From contig NW_015168678.1 of assembly GCF_001447785.1 (NCBI RefSeq), positions 1-64,000 on the forward strand: 64,000 bases of DNA, written 5' to 3'. How positions within the stretch are numbered: position 1 is the first letter of the stretch; each line of letters starts with the position of its first letter. Source of the DNA: Gekko japonicus. Its lineage: Eukaryota. Below are positions 12,355 to 25,099 of the stretch, in pieces. A program made the translations under genes and the position numbers. Under the pieces are notes generated by a model. It saw only the letters and a program-made list of their open reading frames with translations. It was not told the origin of the DNA and did no database searches.

Positions 12355-12796
12355 GGTTTTGTGTAAAGAGATGAACATTGGGTTGGATCCAAAGGTGCTC
12401 TTATGTCAGTGGGAATGGCACTTCCATTGGCAGAGAAGGAAGACAGTTTTTGCCTGTTCCATCCTCCAGCTGTAGAACACTTTGTTCTCCATGCTGTTCA
12501 TGAGGATTCTCTGATGCCTTCGGAACGGGTTGGGTGGGCTGCAATGGGAGGGAGGAAGGAGCTGCTCCATGAGCTCCACTCACAATTCCTTGGAAACAAC
12601 ATTATTTTGTATCAGCTGCTGGGAAATTGATTGTAATACTTTGGTAGTTGCTTTGTAAATAGCTCACCATTAATCAGCTTGTGTGTATTTTGATTTTGTG
12701 CTGACTTGTCTGTTTTCTTTTCCAGTAATATCTAGAACTTGTCTGGGGCCAAGACTAGGGTGCCAACAAGCCTAGAGAGAAATGTTGTATCTCTTT

Positions 12797-13842
12797 TGTT
12801 GTTGTTGTTCAGTCGCACAGTCGAGTCCGACTCTTCGCGACTCCATGGACCAGCTCCCGCCAGGCCCTCCTGTCTTCCGCTGTCCTCTGAAGTTAGCTCA
12901 ATTTCATGTTCGTTGGGTCTATGACACTGTCCAACCATCTCATCCTTTGCCGTCCCCGTCTTCTTTGACCTTCAATCTTTCCCAGCATCAGGGTCTTCTC
13001 CAGTGATCGCTCCCTTCTCATTTGGTGGCCAAAGTATTTGAGCTTCAGTTTCATTATCTGGCCTTCCAGGGAACAGTCAGGGTTGATTTCTTTTAGGATT
13101 GATTGATTTGATCTTCTTGCAGTCCAAGGGACTCTCAAGAGTCTTCTCCAGCACCACAGTTCAAAAGAATCTATTCTTCGGCGCTCGGCCTTCCTTATAG
13201 TTCAACTCTCGCAGCCATACATGACTACTGGGAATACCATTGCTTTGACCATGCGGACTTTTGTTGGCAGGGAGATGTCTCTACTCTTTATCATGCTGTT
13301 TAGGTTCGCCATCTCTTTCCTCCCAAGGAGCAGGCGTCTTTTAGTTTCATGGCTGCTGTCACAGTCTGTGGTGATCTGGGATCCCAGGAACGTGAAGTCT
13401 GTCACTACTTCCACGACTTCCCCTTCTATTTGCCAAGGAGTGATGGGGCCGGATGCCATGATCTTAGTTTTTTTGATGTTGAGCTTCAAGCCCACTTTTG
13501 CGCTCTCCTCTTTTACCCTGAGCAAGAGGCTCTTGAGGTCCTCTTCACTTTCTGCCATCAGAGTGGTATCGTCTGCATATCTGAGGTTGTTGATCTTTTC
13601 CCCAGCAATCTTAATTCCCGCTTGTGATTCATCCAGGCCAGCATTTCGCATGATGTACTCTGCATATATATTAAATAAGCAAGGCGACAATATACATCCT
13701 TGTCGTACTCCTTTTCCTATGCTAAACCAATCAGTTGTTCCATATCCGGTTCTAACTGTTGCTTCTTGGCCCTTATACAGGTTTCTCAAGAGACATGTGA
13801 GGTGGTCTGGTACTCCCATCTCTTTAAGGACCTGCCATAGTT
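12797..13842 (-). mobile_element. BovB (RTE clade) LINE, 5'-truncated, RT C-terminal half with 2 in-frame stops
   Basis: GVRQGCILSPCLFNIYAE, NLRYADDTTL, KAMVFPVVMYGCES*; (CAA)n tail; candidate TSD TCTCTTT / GTATCTCTTT. Confidence 0.93.
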
Positions 13843-14729
13843 CTCTTTAACTTTAAAGTATCTCTTTAACAGATACTTAATGTGTGGAAATGGCTTTTGA
13901 TTCATGGATAACACCACCTGGTAAATAATATCCTGTTAAGCCTCTATTAAAGAGACAGGACATTTTCTCCAGGTCTGTTGGGGACCCTAACCAAAATTCT
14001 CTTTCTGGATGTTATGGGTGCTGGTTGAGTATTCTTGGTTAGGCTGGTAGTCCAGGATGATATGAAACATCCGTGGAGCTAATGGCAGGAGATGTTATCT
14101 TGATTGCTTGGAATCTCTGTCCAGATATTAGAACGTTATATCCAGCAGAGTTTGCAAATATTATTCCCTGTCCTTCTCTCTGTCACTCTGTCTCTCTCTC
14201 TCTGTCTCTCTCTCTCTCTGTAGAGAACTAATATAAAGCAGTTTGATGGAAAAGAAAGAGACTGAAGCATCCATGCAGTGTAATGGCTGTCTTGGAGACC
14301 CTGATGCAAGGTAAAGAACTATGCTATATACTGTAAGACTGTTTATTTGCTTTCAATGTGCTCTGCTTGTATATCTGTCAGTCAAATGTTCAAAAGGCAC
14401 CATAAGTCTCCAGTGCTTTCTCATTCAATGATCAGACTTTGTAATGCTAACCTAGAATTTTCTACTTCTTGTGCAAATAATTGACCAAGTAACAAAATAT
14501 TCATACATATAAGTTGGCTGTTAAAGAATAACCTATACTCTGAAGAGTTACTGTGTCTTCCGATATCAAAGAAATGTGCTGGCAACATTTGTATATTCCA
14601 GAATACATATTAATAAATTGAGTGTGTTCTGGGTCTGACTACCCAAAAAATAATGATTTTCTAACAGCAGGGGACAGCAGTTTACCACAGTGAAGCCCAA
14701 ATAAACATTAAATATCAGTCTTCCAAGTT

Positions 14730-16660
14730 TTATTTTCGGTTTTCTAAATACATACAAAGTATATAAAGACAAATCTATATTCTTTTGAGTCTATAACATC
14801 TACTGATTATTTATCCATATATATAAACGCTTCCACCTTTCAACAATTTTTTTTCATCTTTTCTTTGAAGCATGACGCTTAATTTATCAAGTTCCGCTGT
14901 GTCTAATAATTTATACACTAATTCCTCTCTTGAAGGAAAGGACTCCTGTTTCCAGTATTTAGCTAGTAGTATTCTAGCTGTAGTCAATATAAATATTATC
15001 AAAAATTTATCTTTTTGATTGTAACCTTCCGAAATCATATGCAGCAAAGCTACTTCAGGGGACAAGGCAATTGTTACACACATCACTTCCGAGATAAATT
15101 TCTGAATAATCTTCCAGTAGTTACTTACTTTCACCCATTGCCACCACATGTGAAAAAAAGTTCCGACGTTCGAACAACATTTCCAACATATATTAGGTAG
15201 TGCAGCAGTACATTTAGCTATCCTATCTGGTGACCAATACCAGCAGTGTGCTACTTTATAAATGTTTTCTTTATAGTTGATAGCTCTTAGGTATTTAAGA
15301 GATTTCCAAGTACTGGACCATTTATCTATTTCTGTGCAATACCCAATATCTTTCATCCAAGCCACCATTGAAACACTAACTTGCTCATCTAGAGTATATT
15401 CTTGTAACAGAAAGCTATAATTTTTTTGGATCATTTTGTCACTACTTGACAGCCAGACCTTATCTAGTTGAGTTTTGGAGTCTTGGAATCCTGCACGTAT
15501 ATCCTTCAAGTGTATAGACTGAAGTTGTGACATTTCCCACCATGATAATTTAATCATATGTAACGATAATAAGCTCTCTTCCTAGCCAGAGCCCCCCTTA
15601 ACATATGTTGTCCAAAGTCTGAATGGATTTTATCCTTCCCATACCACATGTAGGCATGCCATCCCATCTTAAGGTCGTGCCCTTCCAGATTTAATAGTCT
15701 TGTATTATCCAAATTTATCCATTCTTTCAGCCAACTTAATGATGCCGCCTGATAATATAACTTCCAGTTTGGAAAACCAAAACCTCCATTTTCTTTTTTA
15801 TCCTGGAGAATCTTCCATTTGATCCTTGCCTTTTTGGGATACCAAATGAACTTTTTAATAATTTTATCCATCTCTGTAAAGACCTGGGCATTTAAAAATA
15901 TTGGGATGTTTTGTGCAAGAAAAAGAAATGTTGGTAGTATATTCATTTTTATAGTAGCTATTCTACCCATTAGTGATATTTGTAAACTTTTCCAATATTG
16001 TAAATCTTTTTCCAAAAATTTATAGTAGTTGTCTATTAAGAGCGTACTTATTTTATTAGATACAGTGATCCCTAAATATTTAACCTTTTTCACTATTTCT
16101 ACCTCCGTTATTTTCTGAATTTCTTGTATTGTATTATTTGTGCAATTTTTAGTAATTATTTTAGTTTTTTTCAAATTTATTTTCAATCCAGCCAACTCCC
16201 CAAATTCTTGTGCCACCTTTATTATATTGGGTAAAGAATCTATTGGATCCTCTGCAATATATAAAATATCATCCGCGAAGGCTAAGAGCTAAATTCTTCC
16301 CCCTTTACTCTAAGTCCTTTTATCTGAATATTTTCCCTGATCGTATTATTTAATGTTTCGAGTACAAAGATAAATAATAGTGGAAATAAGGGGCATCCCT
16401 GTCGTGTTCCTTTCTGAATTTCAATATTTGAGGTCAAGTCCCCATTGATGACCACATTGGCATATTGTTGCTTATATATCGCTCGGATCATCGTAATAAA
16501 ATGGGTTCTGCATTCCCAAAAGTTCAGTTTTTGGAATAAAAATTCCCATGAAATATTATCAAAAGCCTTTTCTGCATCAAGGAACATTAAGGCCAATGAT
16601 TTCTCTGGATGTTGTTCATAGTACTCTAAAACATTTAGTAATACTCGTGATCTAAACTGG
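14730..16660 (-). mobile_element. L1-clade LINE, 5'-truncated and frameshifted ORF2
   Basis: LDAEKAFDNISW, KGTRQGCPLFPLLF, FADD (~16270), KYLGI, GGFGFPN, C-terminal CWKC..GTFFHMWW; split over ORFs 16282-16674, 15554-16216, 14811-15557. Confidence 0.92.
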
Positions 16661-16859
16661 TTACAGTTTGCCACATCTCATGTTAGAATACTTACTGATT
16701 AAAAGTTTGATAGGACTTGATTAATGTGTGTGTGTGTGTTTTTTTGGACTGGCAATCTGCCAGTTTTTTCTTTCAGTAAACAAGAAATTTATTTTACTCC
16801 AGGGGAGAACAAAACAGAATAAGCAATAATTCTCTTTGCAGTTCAATACAGTTTATTTT

Positions 16860-18935
16860 GATATAAAATCAGTTTAAAAACTTGTCACATACAATACTAG
16901 GATCAGCAAATAAATTTAAAGGTGTCATTATAGTCCAGCCTTGTTTAGGGACTTAACCATCTGCTTACGTATGCTGTATACCCTCATATAAAGTTTTGTG
17001 ACATTGCGAGTTATTTCTGAAGAAAGATCAGAGAGAAGCAGGGAGATGTAGAATGGCTCCAATCTTCCTGGGGAGTTCACTAACACTGGCATGATGTATT
17101 TTTGAATGAATGTCACCATAATAGGAGCAGTGCAATAATACATGCTCTGTGGTCTCAACCTTTCCCATTTGGCAGGGATACACCTGTTGTGTATGAGGTA
17201 TCTGACTTCCGGAAAGCCTGAGGGCAGAGTGTGCCAGGGTAAATATTCTTCGGTATTTAGGGACTTCTAGTGCTGTTAAATAATCTGCCGGCAAGAAAGG
17301 GGTTTTGGAAAGGTTTGTAACTATAGGATGCTGCTGCAGGCAGGCTCTATCAGACTGAAGAGCGGGTCCCAAATCTGTTGCTTAAGTATTTCTTTGGCTT
17401 TCTGAAAGCCTAGATGTAACAGGGCTGAAGGGAAGAAACCGTACTCTTGCGATTTTCCTTCAACAATTCCCAGTCAATTTGAGAGGTGGTTATCTCTAAG
17501 AATAAGAGGGATAAGTCCCTGGGAGTTACAGTTTAATTTTAATCAGGGCTTTTTTTTGGGGGGGGGGAAGTGCCGGAACTCACAAAAGGGAAATGAAGTT
17601 TTCAATTTGTATACTGAAAACTCATGAACTTTCAAACATTTTAAAAAGAATTTTGTCGAAGAGGTTCCGGAACTCTGTTCCAGTGCGTTCCTCCAGAAAA
17701 AAAGCCTTGAGAGTGGTTATTTGAACCCACGTGTGAGCCTCGAGTGAAACCATCCCTGCCTCCAGCCTGAGGAGAGCATTTGGTATACACTGAAGGACTC
17801 CAAATATTGAACACAAAAACTTGGATTGCACTGCTTCTAAGGGGTGAAGATCTTTGTAAAACAAAGCTGAGAACCATACATTAGTCGGGCAATCACCTTT
17901 CCCTAGAAAATCTTGATTGCTGCAGGGATGTAGGAAGCCCCTTTTCTGAAGAAGAATCTCATCTCAGAATGGCTGAGGTAATTCTGTGGGCATTCTCAGC
18001 CACATGCAATGCTTGGGCTCTCCATGACCCTGTCGACTGGAAGACTAGACCATATCTCCCTCAGTCTGCCATCTCTCTCTCTCACACTTTTGGTAAAGGT
18101 GATGATTTTAGTTTTTCAGTAATTTATTACAAGTTGTTCTTCTTGGTAGTATACAGTAAAGGCCCAAAGTGCTCTCCTAAGGCCTACTTGCGAATGAGAT
18201 AGAATTACTGTATCACCCACATGTAGTAAGGCGGAGATCACTCTGCTGCTAATTTAGGAGGATGGGACCTTGGGTTTGGTAACCATGGAGATAATATAGA
18301 AGTTGAAAAGTAGAGGTACCAGGATATATCCCTGTTTTACTTCTTTCTGCAGTGGGACTCTACCAGACAGGTGGCCCTGGGGGCAGCATCTTACCCTAAG
18401 GACATTACTTTCATGTAGCATGTGCATAAGTACGTATAATCTTTTATCAATTGTAGAGTTCTCAAGTTTAACCCATTGCCTGTGTCTGGGGATACTGTCA
18501 AAGGCAGCTTTGAAATCAACAAAAGAGGCATATAGCGCCCCTTGTGGTCTAGAACTATATTTCTCTGCCAAATGATGCAGTATCAAACATTGATCTGTAG
18601 TTTGAGTGACTAGCTCTAAAACCTGCCTGCTCCTCCATTAGTATATTTTCTTGGTCCATCCAGTCCCACAGTTTCCAATATAAGTGTCTGGAATAAAGCT
18701 TGCTAACCACACTAAGAAGGCTAATTGGACAGTAATCTGAAGGGTTTATCCTTTCTCCCTTCTTAAATAATGGGACAATAATAGCTAAGCCCCAGTCCCT
18801 AGGGATCTGGGCTGAGTGGTCAATGTGTGTGAAAAATGCAACCAACATTGGTGCCAACCAGTCAGTATTGGTTTTGATCAATACTGGGGAGATCATATCA
18901 CTTCTGGGAGCCTTCCCTGGCTTTAGCAGCATTAT
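16860..18935 (-). mobile_element. Degraded non-LTR retrotransposon (RTE-X-like, family uncertain)
   Basis: RT motifs GKAP..D, IIVPLFKKG..YCPISLL, EQAGFR, FVDFKAAFDSI, VKQGYILVPLLFNFYI; C-terminal C..ETTEHVLLHC. Confidence 0.8.
17544..17709. mobile_element. Short hAT-like MITE nested in the LINE
   Basis: TIRs CAGGGCTTTTTTT / CAAGGCTTTTTTT, internal CCGGAACT repeats; TSD not evident. Confidence 0.6.
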
Positions 18936-18959
18936 TGTTTTTTAATCTTGGTGATCATC

Positions 18960-19160
18960 CAGTGTTCCCTCTAAGCTGAGTTAGTGTGAGCTAGCTCACA
19001 GTTTTTCAGCCTCTGGCTCACAAATTTTTGTCTTAGCTCAGGAAGGATGGCTCCAGAGGAAACTAATTTATGCAGTAGCCAAATCGCTCGCTCACAACTT
19101 TAATGCCAGTAGCTCACAAAGTAGAATTTTTGCTTACAAGACTCCACAGGTTAGAGGGAG
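18960..19160. mobile_element. hAT MITE (CAGTGTTCCCTCTAAGCTG family), copy 1, one TIR clipped, opposite orientation to other copies
   Basis: Same ~205 bp sequence as 20883, 25662, 61404. Confidence 0.85.
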
Positions 19161-19197
19161 GCCCACATTTTTTGGTGTTTTTTGTATTTTTCATATA

Positions 19198-19446
19198 TGT
19201 GTGTGTGTGCGCATGCGCGCATCAGAGTGTGTGTGCACCTGGAAGTCATGGCGACCTATGATAACTGACCCCTACTGGGGGCCTGGAGGATATTCAGAGA
19301 GGTGGCTGAATAAAGCCTGCCCCTGCCTCTTGCCTCTGGTATTTCAAGGAGGTCTCCCATCCAACCACTTGCCAGAGTTGACCCTGCTTAGTTTCTGAGA
19401 TCTGATGAGATCGGGCTTGCCTGAGCTAGCCAGGTCAGGGTAGGGC
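19198..19446 (-). mobile_element. 5S rRNA-derived SINE
   Basis: Reverse complement of the 3748 element; (TG)n tail. Confidence 0.8.
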
Positions 19447-20882
19447 CACATTCTTTTTAAACGGCAATCTTCCAGGTTTTTTTTCTTTCAATAAACAAGG
19501 AATTTATTTTATTCCAGGGGAGGACGAGATAGAATAAACATTAATTCTCTTTGCAAGTCAGAATGAATATTGAGTAAGGGGAGTCTTAGAAAATCAGGGC
19601 TTTGGGATACAAGTTAATAGCTGAATATGTGGCTATGAATATGGCCCCTTCTTTAATTTGTCAAGTAGGTGTCTAGAACTTTGTGTCTGAGGATGAGTGA
19701 GCACACATACAATCTGTGTACAGTGTAACTCAATATTTTTAAAGTACCCAAGTAATGTTACATTTAATGCATGTTCAGCTTAACAAGTAATACACGTCTG
19801 ACATTTATTCAGGTATTGGTCCATGATTTCAGTTGCAAACTGATCCTGTCAGCTCTTCCTTAAAGACAGATGTACACATGTACATGCAGAATGTACAAGT
19901 GTTCACTGTAACGCCAACAGGACTTCTGTGACAGCTGTTCACACTATTAATTGGGCACAACTGGGAGTTGTCAAAGTGGCGATCAGGAAACAGATTTTTG
20001 ACAAATGCTTTCCCCCATCTTTGCTTATTGGGCAAGGACCAGAGTGCATTTAACATTTTGGCTTCAGCTTGTCTGGTTTGCATAGTATTTTAACCAATTC
20101 TTGGTCTGGGTAAGCAGATAAATATATTTGGTCAAAAATTTGCTCTGGTGAAGTTGATACTGGCAGGCTCCTAAGCTGCATCCACATGGTTATGATTTTC
20201 TGTGTTCCATACATTATTGCTGTGAATGCAGAGTCATTTGTGGCAGCAACAGAGCACCCACACTATAGTATTCCTCACACTTTTCTTGCCCAAGCGTGTC
20301 ATGGCTGCCATTCTCTCTACCCCCCCCCCCTTGAATCAAATTCCAGTTTGCCATGATATCTGAACTTGGTCGCTCAATCAAACTGGGGTTTGCTTCATGA
20401 TTTGTACTCAAAACTGTTGCTTAATTTCAATTTAGAATCCTGGTTGAGGGAGCAAACCAGTTGATTGGCAACCAATTCACATATGTGGGACTTCAAAGAA
20501 AGGAATGAAAAATCAGTGGGTTGGAATTGTTAGGTACAGAAACATGCAAATAAAGTGAGTACGTTTTACATTCAGAAGCATTCACCTGCTTATAATGAGC
20601 TCTAATGAACACCTTCTTTAAGGTACTCTTTCCTGCCTTTAAGCATCCTAAAAGAAGTTTCTTTTCCAGGATAAATATGATTATAGTGGTCTTGAGAAAT
20701 CCACTATAAGCCAGGGAGAATCTGGACTGAGAAAGGAAGGATGATGTTCTGAGTACTGGGGCGGGCGGGCTGTGATCTTCACTGATTTTTAACTGTACAA
20801 TCAGGTTCTCATTCATACCTGCAAAGTATTATCATGAATTAGCTTGTTTTCCCAAAAATCTTGGGTTGAATCAGCTTGTAAC

Positions 20883-21089
20883 CAATGCTCCCTCTAAGCT
20901 ATGGAATCCTGGGAGCAAAAGTTCTACTTCATGAGCTACTGGTATTAAAGTTGTGAGCAGGTGATTTGGCTACTGCATAAATTAGTTTGCTCTGGAGCCA
21001 TCCTTCCTGAGCTAAGACAAAAATGTGTGAGCCAGAGGCTAAAAAAACTGTGAGCTAGCTCACACTAACTCAGCTTAGTGGGAATACTG
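20883..21089. mobile_element. hAT MITE copy 2
   Basis: TIRs; perfect 8-bp TSD CTTGTAAC. Confidence 0.9.
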
Positions 21090-21594
21090 CTTGTAACCCC
21101 TGGTTACACCCTGCCTGACTGGCAAAGAACCCAATGAAAAGAATAGTTTTAGATCATGTTACTTTTTTAGTTAATTTCCTCTTAGTGTATTTGAACCATG
21201 TAATATGTGGTTGGCCATCTTGCCAAGAGAGCGGGTTTCTTTGAGGCATACATGGGGCTGTGGGAAGATTTGTTAACGCTATAGCATTTTCACTTCTGCT
21301 AATTTCACTTCCTAAAGTGAACTAACTGGGGGTTGGAAGGATGACTTTTATGCAGGTGGAAAGTACTCTTTTGCCTTGCTTACATAGATTGCTATTGATT
21401 TAGAATAGGAAGGGAGGGTTTTTTTAATTGTCTGAGAAGGATGCATCATATATTAAAATTGGCCCCTTTTTCATTCTTCCCCTTCAACCCAACAGGCCTT
21501 GCTTGGGTGAAAGTTGGTCTAAGAACTGTTAAGGAGGAAGCTGCTGCTGCTACTCTGTATTTAGAAGATTAGGGTTGAGTGATTCGACTCTGCT

Positions 21595-21742
21595 CTGCCC
21601 TGGACGGCCCAGGCAGGGTCAGCCTTGGTTAGTACTTGGATGGGAAGTCAAGGATCATTCTGCAGAGGCAGGCAGTGGCAAACCACCTCTGAATATCTTT
21701 TGCCTTGAAAACCCTAAGGTAACCATAAGTCGGCTGTGACCT
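21595..21742 (+). mobile_element. 5S-derived SINE, internally deleted
   Basis: GCAGGGTCAGCCTTGGTTAGTACTTGGATGGGA and CCATAAGTCGGCTGTGAC tail. Confidence 0.65.
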
Positions 21743-22117
21743 GCCCACCCCCCACCCCCGAATTAGGCCATATTCAAACAAGGCCTAAAATACAGTTCAG
21801 ACTTGGGCAGAAGGGAGGTAAATGAACCTGCTAATGTTTTAGCCCCATAAATTCTTAGACTTAAATTAGGCAGTGCCTGTCCCACAGTCGCCTCTGGAAC
21901 ACCCTACCACTTGAGGCTTGCCTGGCATGTACTTTGCCTTCTTTTAAGAGCCAGGCCAAAACATCAGGTTTTTTACCCTGACTTTTAATTGGGGTTTTTA
22001 TCTTTCCAGTTTTTTAATGGTCTGCCTCTGTTTTATGTGTTAGATTCACTAGTATAGTAAGCCAGTAATCTCCATTTTATTTAGTAGCTACACGCAGCAG
22101 TAGCTTCTTTGTTCTGT

Positions 22118-22515
22118 ATGTGCTAGCAAAGTTATAGAGTTACACAGAACCACTTGTCAGTTTCAAACTAATAAGAATCCTTTATTCAAGGAACTACATT
22201 CTAGATAGTGCAGGCTGAGAGATAGGGATAGAAACTACCTGGATGTATACAGATGCAAAATGCATTTGCATCCATGGTGCCAAAGATGGAGAGAAACATG
22301 CTCCTTCTTTGCCTCTGTGTGTGTGTGTGTGAGAGAGAGAACAGAGAACAGAAGGAAGCAATTCCCTGAGAGTATCAATCTACACATCAAAGGGACAGAG
22401 GCAGAAGAGTAAACAGGAAGGATGCTCAGAGTTTGCCTGTCTATCTGTCTGACTCTCTTGTAACCCCCCTCTGGAGGCTGAGGCTAAGAGACAGTGTTTA
22501 GTCCTCCTCTTCTAA
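22118..22515 (-). mobile_element. Possible solo LTR
   Basis: Starts TGT, minus-strand AATAAA ~22185, self-contained ~400 bp block; boundaries uncertain. Confidence 0.3.
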
Positions 22516-23023
22516 AATGATGCAGAGTTTTTATGGTTTGTTTTTAATTGCTTGTATTAGTACTGTGTCATTCTTTTAAACCACTTAGAGCAGGACTCGT
22601 GGCAGCATAGAAGAATTTTAAATAAATAAACTCTACTGAACAGGAGATATGGGCTGTTCTTTCATAGCTCATCTACATAACACATTTGTTTGCCTTGTGG
22701 ATGGGGATAGGATGAGAAAGAGTTGCTATAGGTCCAATAATATGCTAGGATTTTAATCTTAAACCGGAAGAAAATGTACCCATTACTTGGGAGAAACTTC
22801 ATTCCATTCCAAAGTCAAAGAAGAAAACCTGTGATACAGTGCATAAGCGCCCCCCCCCCCAATTAAGATTACTTTGGGGGACCAAGACAAATAAACAAGG
22901 TGATGCAGTTTTATTTTCTCTCCCTTTGATTGAGTGGTTCTGCTCTTCAGCCCATGATCATAGAGTTGCTTCAGTCCACTTGCTGTTTAACTTAGGTAGC
23001 TGTTGTTCATCAGCTTTCTAGTT

Positions 23024-24256
23024 CAGGGGTGTCAAGCATAAGGCCCAGGAGCCGGAACCAGCCCATCCAGGGCTCTAATTGGTCCGTGAGCCACTGGTGA
23101 AAGTGAGGGAACAGGAGGCTGCTTGGAAAGGGAGTGGGCGGAACCACTCTGATGGTGGTTTCAGGACAGTGGAACAACTTCGTCTGCACCACACAAGCAG
23201 AACTCCTTCGCTTCAGTGGCAGCCTCACTGGTAAGTTGGGAGCCACTGTAGCCACATTCATGCTGGCTTTGGGTTCCAAGGTAAGGTTGCACACCTCTCC
23301 GCTTGGCCTGCAGTTCCGGGGATTCTGTCCTGGATGGCCATGAGGATCAATGTTTGTATGGGGGGGGGATACAGACAATCCTCTGCTGGGGCCTGCTGGT
23401 GGCCAGTGCTTAGTCTTGCCACCAAGCATGCAGCTTGGTGGCCGGACCTCCCTCCTCCATGGACCACCTGGTGACCTTTGGCTGTAGGCAGCTACTGCCT
23501 CATGGGGGGGAGGCAGTGCCAGTGATCTCCCATTATACTGGACACTGGGCAGCCAGGGGGCTTTGTCACATGCATGGCCTTGTGTGCCCAGTGCCTGCTC
23601 CCCATCAGATGATTCAGCGGCCTTTGGCCTGGGGCAGCGGCTGCTGTGAGGGAGTGGCACAGCTTGCAGATGATCTCTAGCTTGAACTCCCAGCATTGCC
23701 CCGCCATGGATTGCCTGATGGCCTTGGTTGGAGGCAGCCACTGGCACATGGGCCTCTCTAGCTTATTGGGCTTTGCTTGGCCAGGGTCCCACCATGCATG
23801 TGGCCTTGGACCTGGGCTACCCCCCCCCTGCATCTGCAGGTGGGGGTTAGTTCAACTTGTCTTCCCAGTCCCCTTCAATGGTGGTTTGGGGGCAGGGAAG
23901 AGCTTGCAATACTCACCTGCTTTGTGTTTTTACCCTGTGGCTCAAGCTCACAGCACTGGTGGCAGGAGTGGACTGGGGAAGGGGTTTGCCCCCCTCCAGG
24001 CAGCATGGGAGTGTCTACCCAGCGCTGCAGCTCTGGCTCTCCAAAGTGCCCATGCGGATTTTCCTCTGCACCCCTCTCCCAGTCCATGGGGCCTTGCAGT
24101 GAGGACACACCAACTTGGAGCTTACCAGCTGCTGTCCTTTATAAAGTTTATATCTCCGGTACCTGGACTTATCTTTTATGGCACACATGGCCTGGCCCAA
24201 CAAAGTCACATTTATGTCAGATCTGGCCATCGTAACAAATGAATTCGACACCTCTG
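23024..24256. mobile_element. Non-autonomous hAT (Charlie-like) DNA transposon, 1233 bp
   Basis: TIRs CAGGGGTGTCAA / CAGAGGTGTCGAA; perfect TSD TTCTAGTT (23016-23023, 24257-24264); no transposase ORF. Confidence 0.88.
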
Positions 24257-25099
24257 TTCTAGTTCATTCTCTTTTGGATTGTCTGCCTTTGATTCTTGGC
24301 TAGACTCTTCTTTTATATTAATCCATAGTGATTTTCATAATCCCGAAGACATCTCTACTCTATTAGTTTATTTGTGTCTCCTCTCCTCTGACTCTTTCAC
24401 TTCACTGATTGCATTCATTTTGGGTTTTTAGATGATCCCTTCCCTGTTTATGTTACTTCATTAATTTTAAATTCTCAGTTTCTCTTCCTTGGATCCAGCT
24501 TCAACCCCAGATTACTCAATGTGGTAGCCTTCTCATTGTCTCTCTCCCTGATCTTTTCCCCAGACAACCAGTCTGCTGCCTGTGCTGCCACACTTGATTC
24601 TGTTACCCTGAGGTCTCTAATTTCTTAGCTACATCACTTCACATCTTTGGATGTCTTTCTTATTGACATCTGGTCTATGCCAGGACTACCTGCCGAATAA
24701 CTCTGGCACAAATTCATGGGTTCTTCTATTTAAACCCTCCTCTTTTATCCATCATGCACATATTTTGCTGAAAAAAAGTAGACTTCAAGGTACACTTGTA
24801 CCATTTTTTGATTGTATACCTGAATAAAGAATGTGGATAAAATGAACATAATACTGGACAGGCTCTTTTAAAATTCTTCTATTTATGAGGGATGATGTCT
24901 TGGCTTAGCAGATATGTGCAAAATATGTGTCCCCAATTCAAGTTATAGCATGGGTTACATATGGGTTGGCTCACTACGGGCATATAATATTGTGTGTTGG
25001 GTTTCTGCTGTTTCTTGGAACCCCAATGAAACATTGTCCTTATTTAATGTTTCCAAAGCTGTATTCCAAGGATATTAATGGAACAGAAAACTAATTCCC

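Noticed and set aside
13221-13850. 209 aa plus-strand ORF
   Set aside because: Antisense shadow of the BovB RT frame
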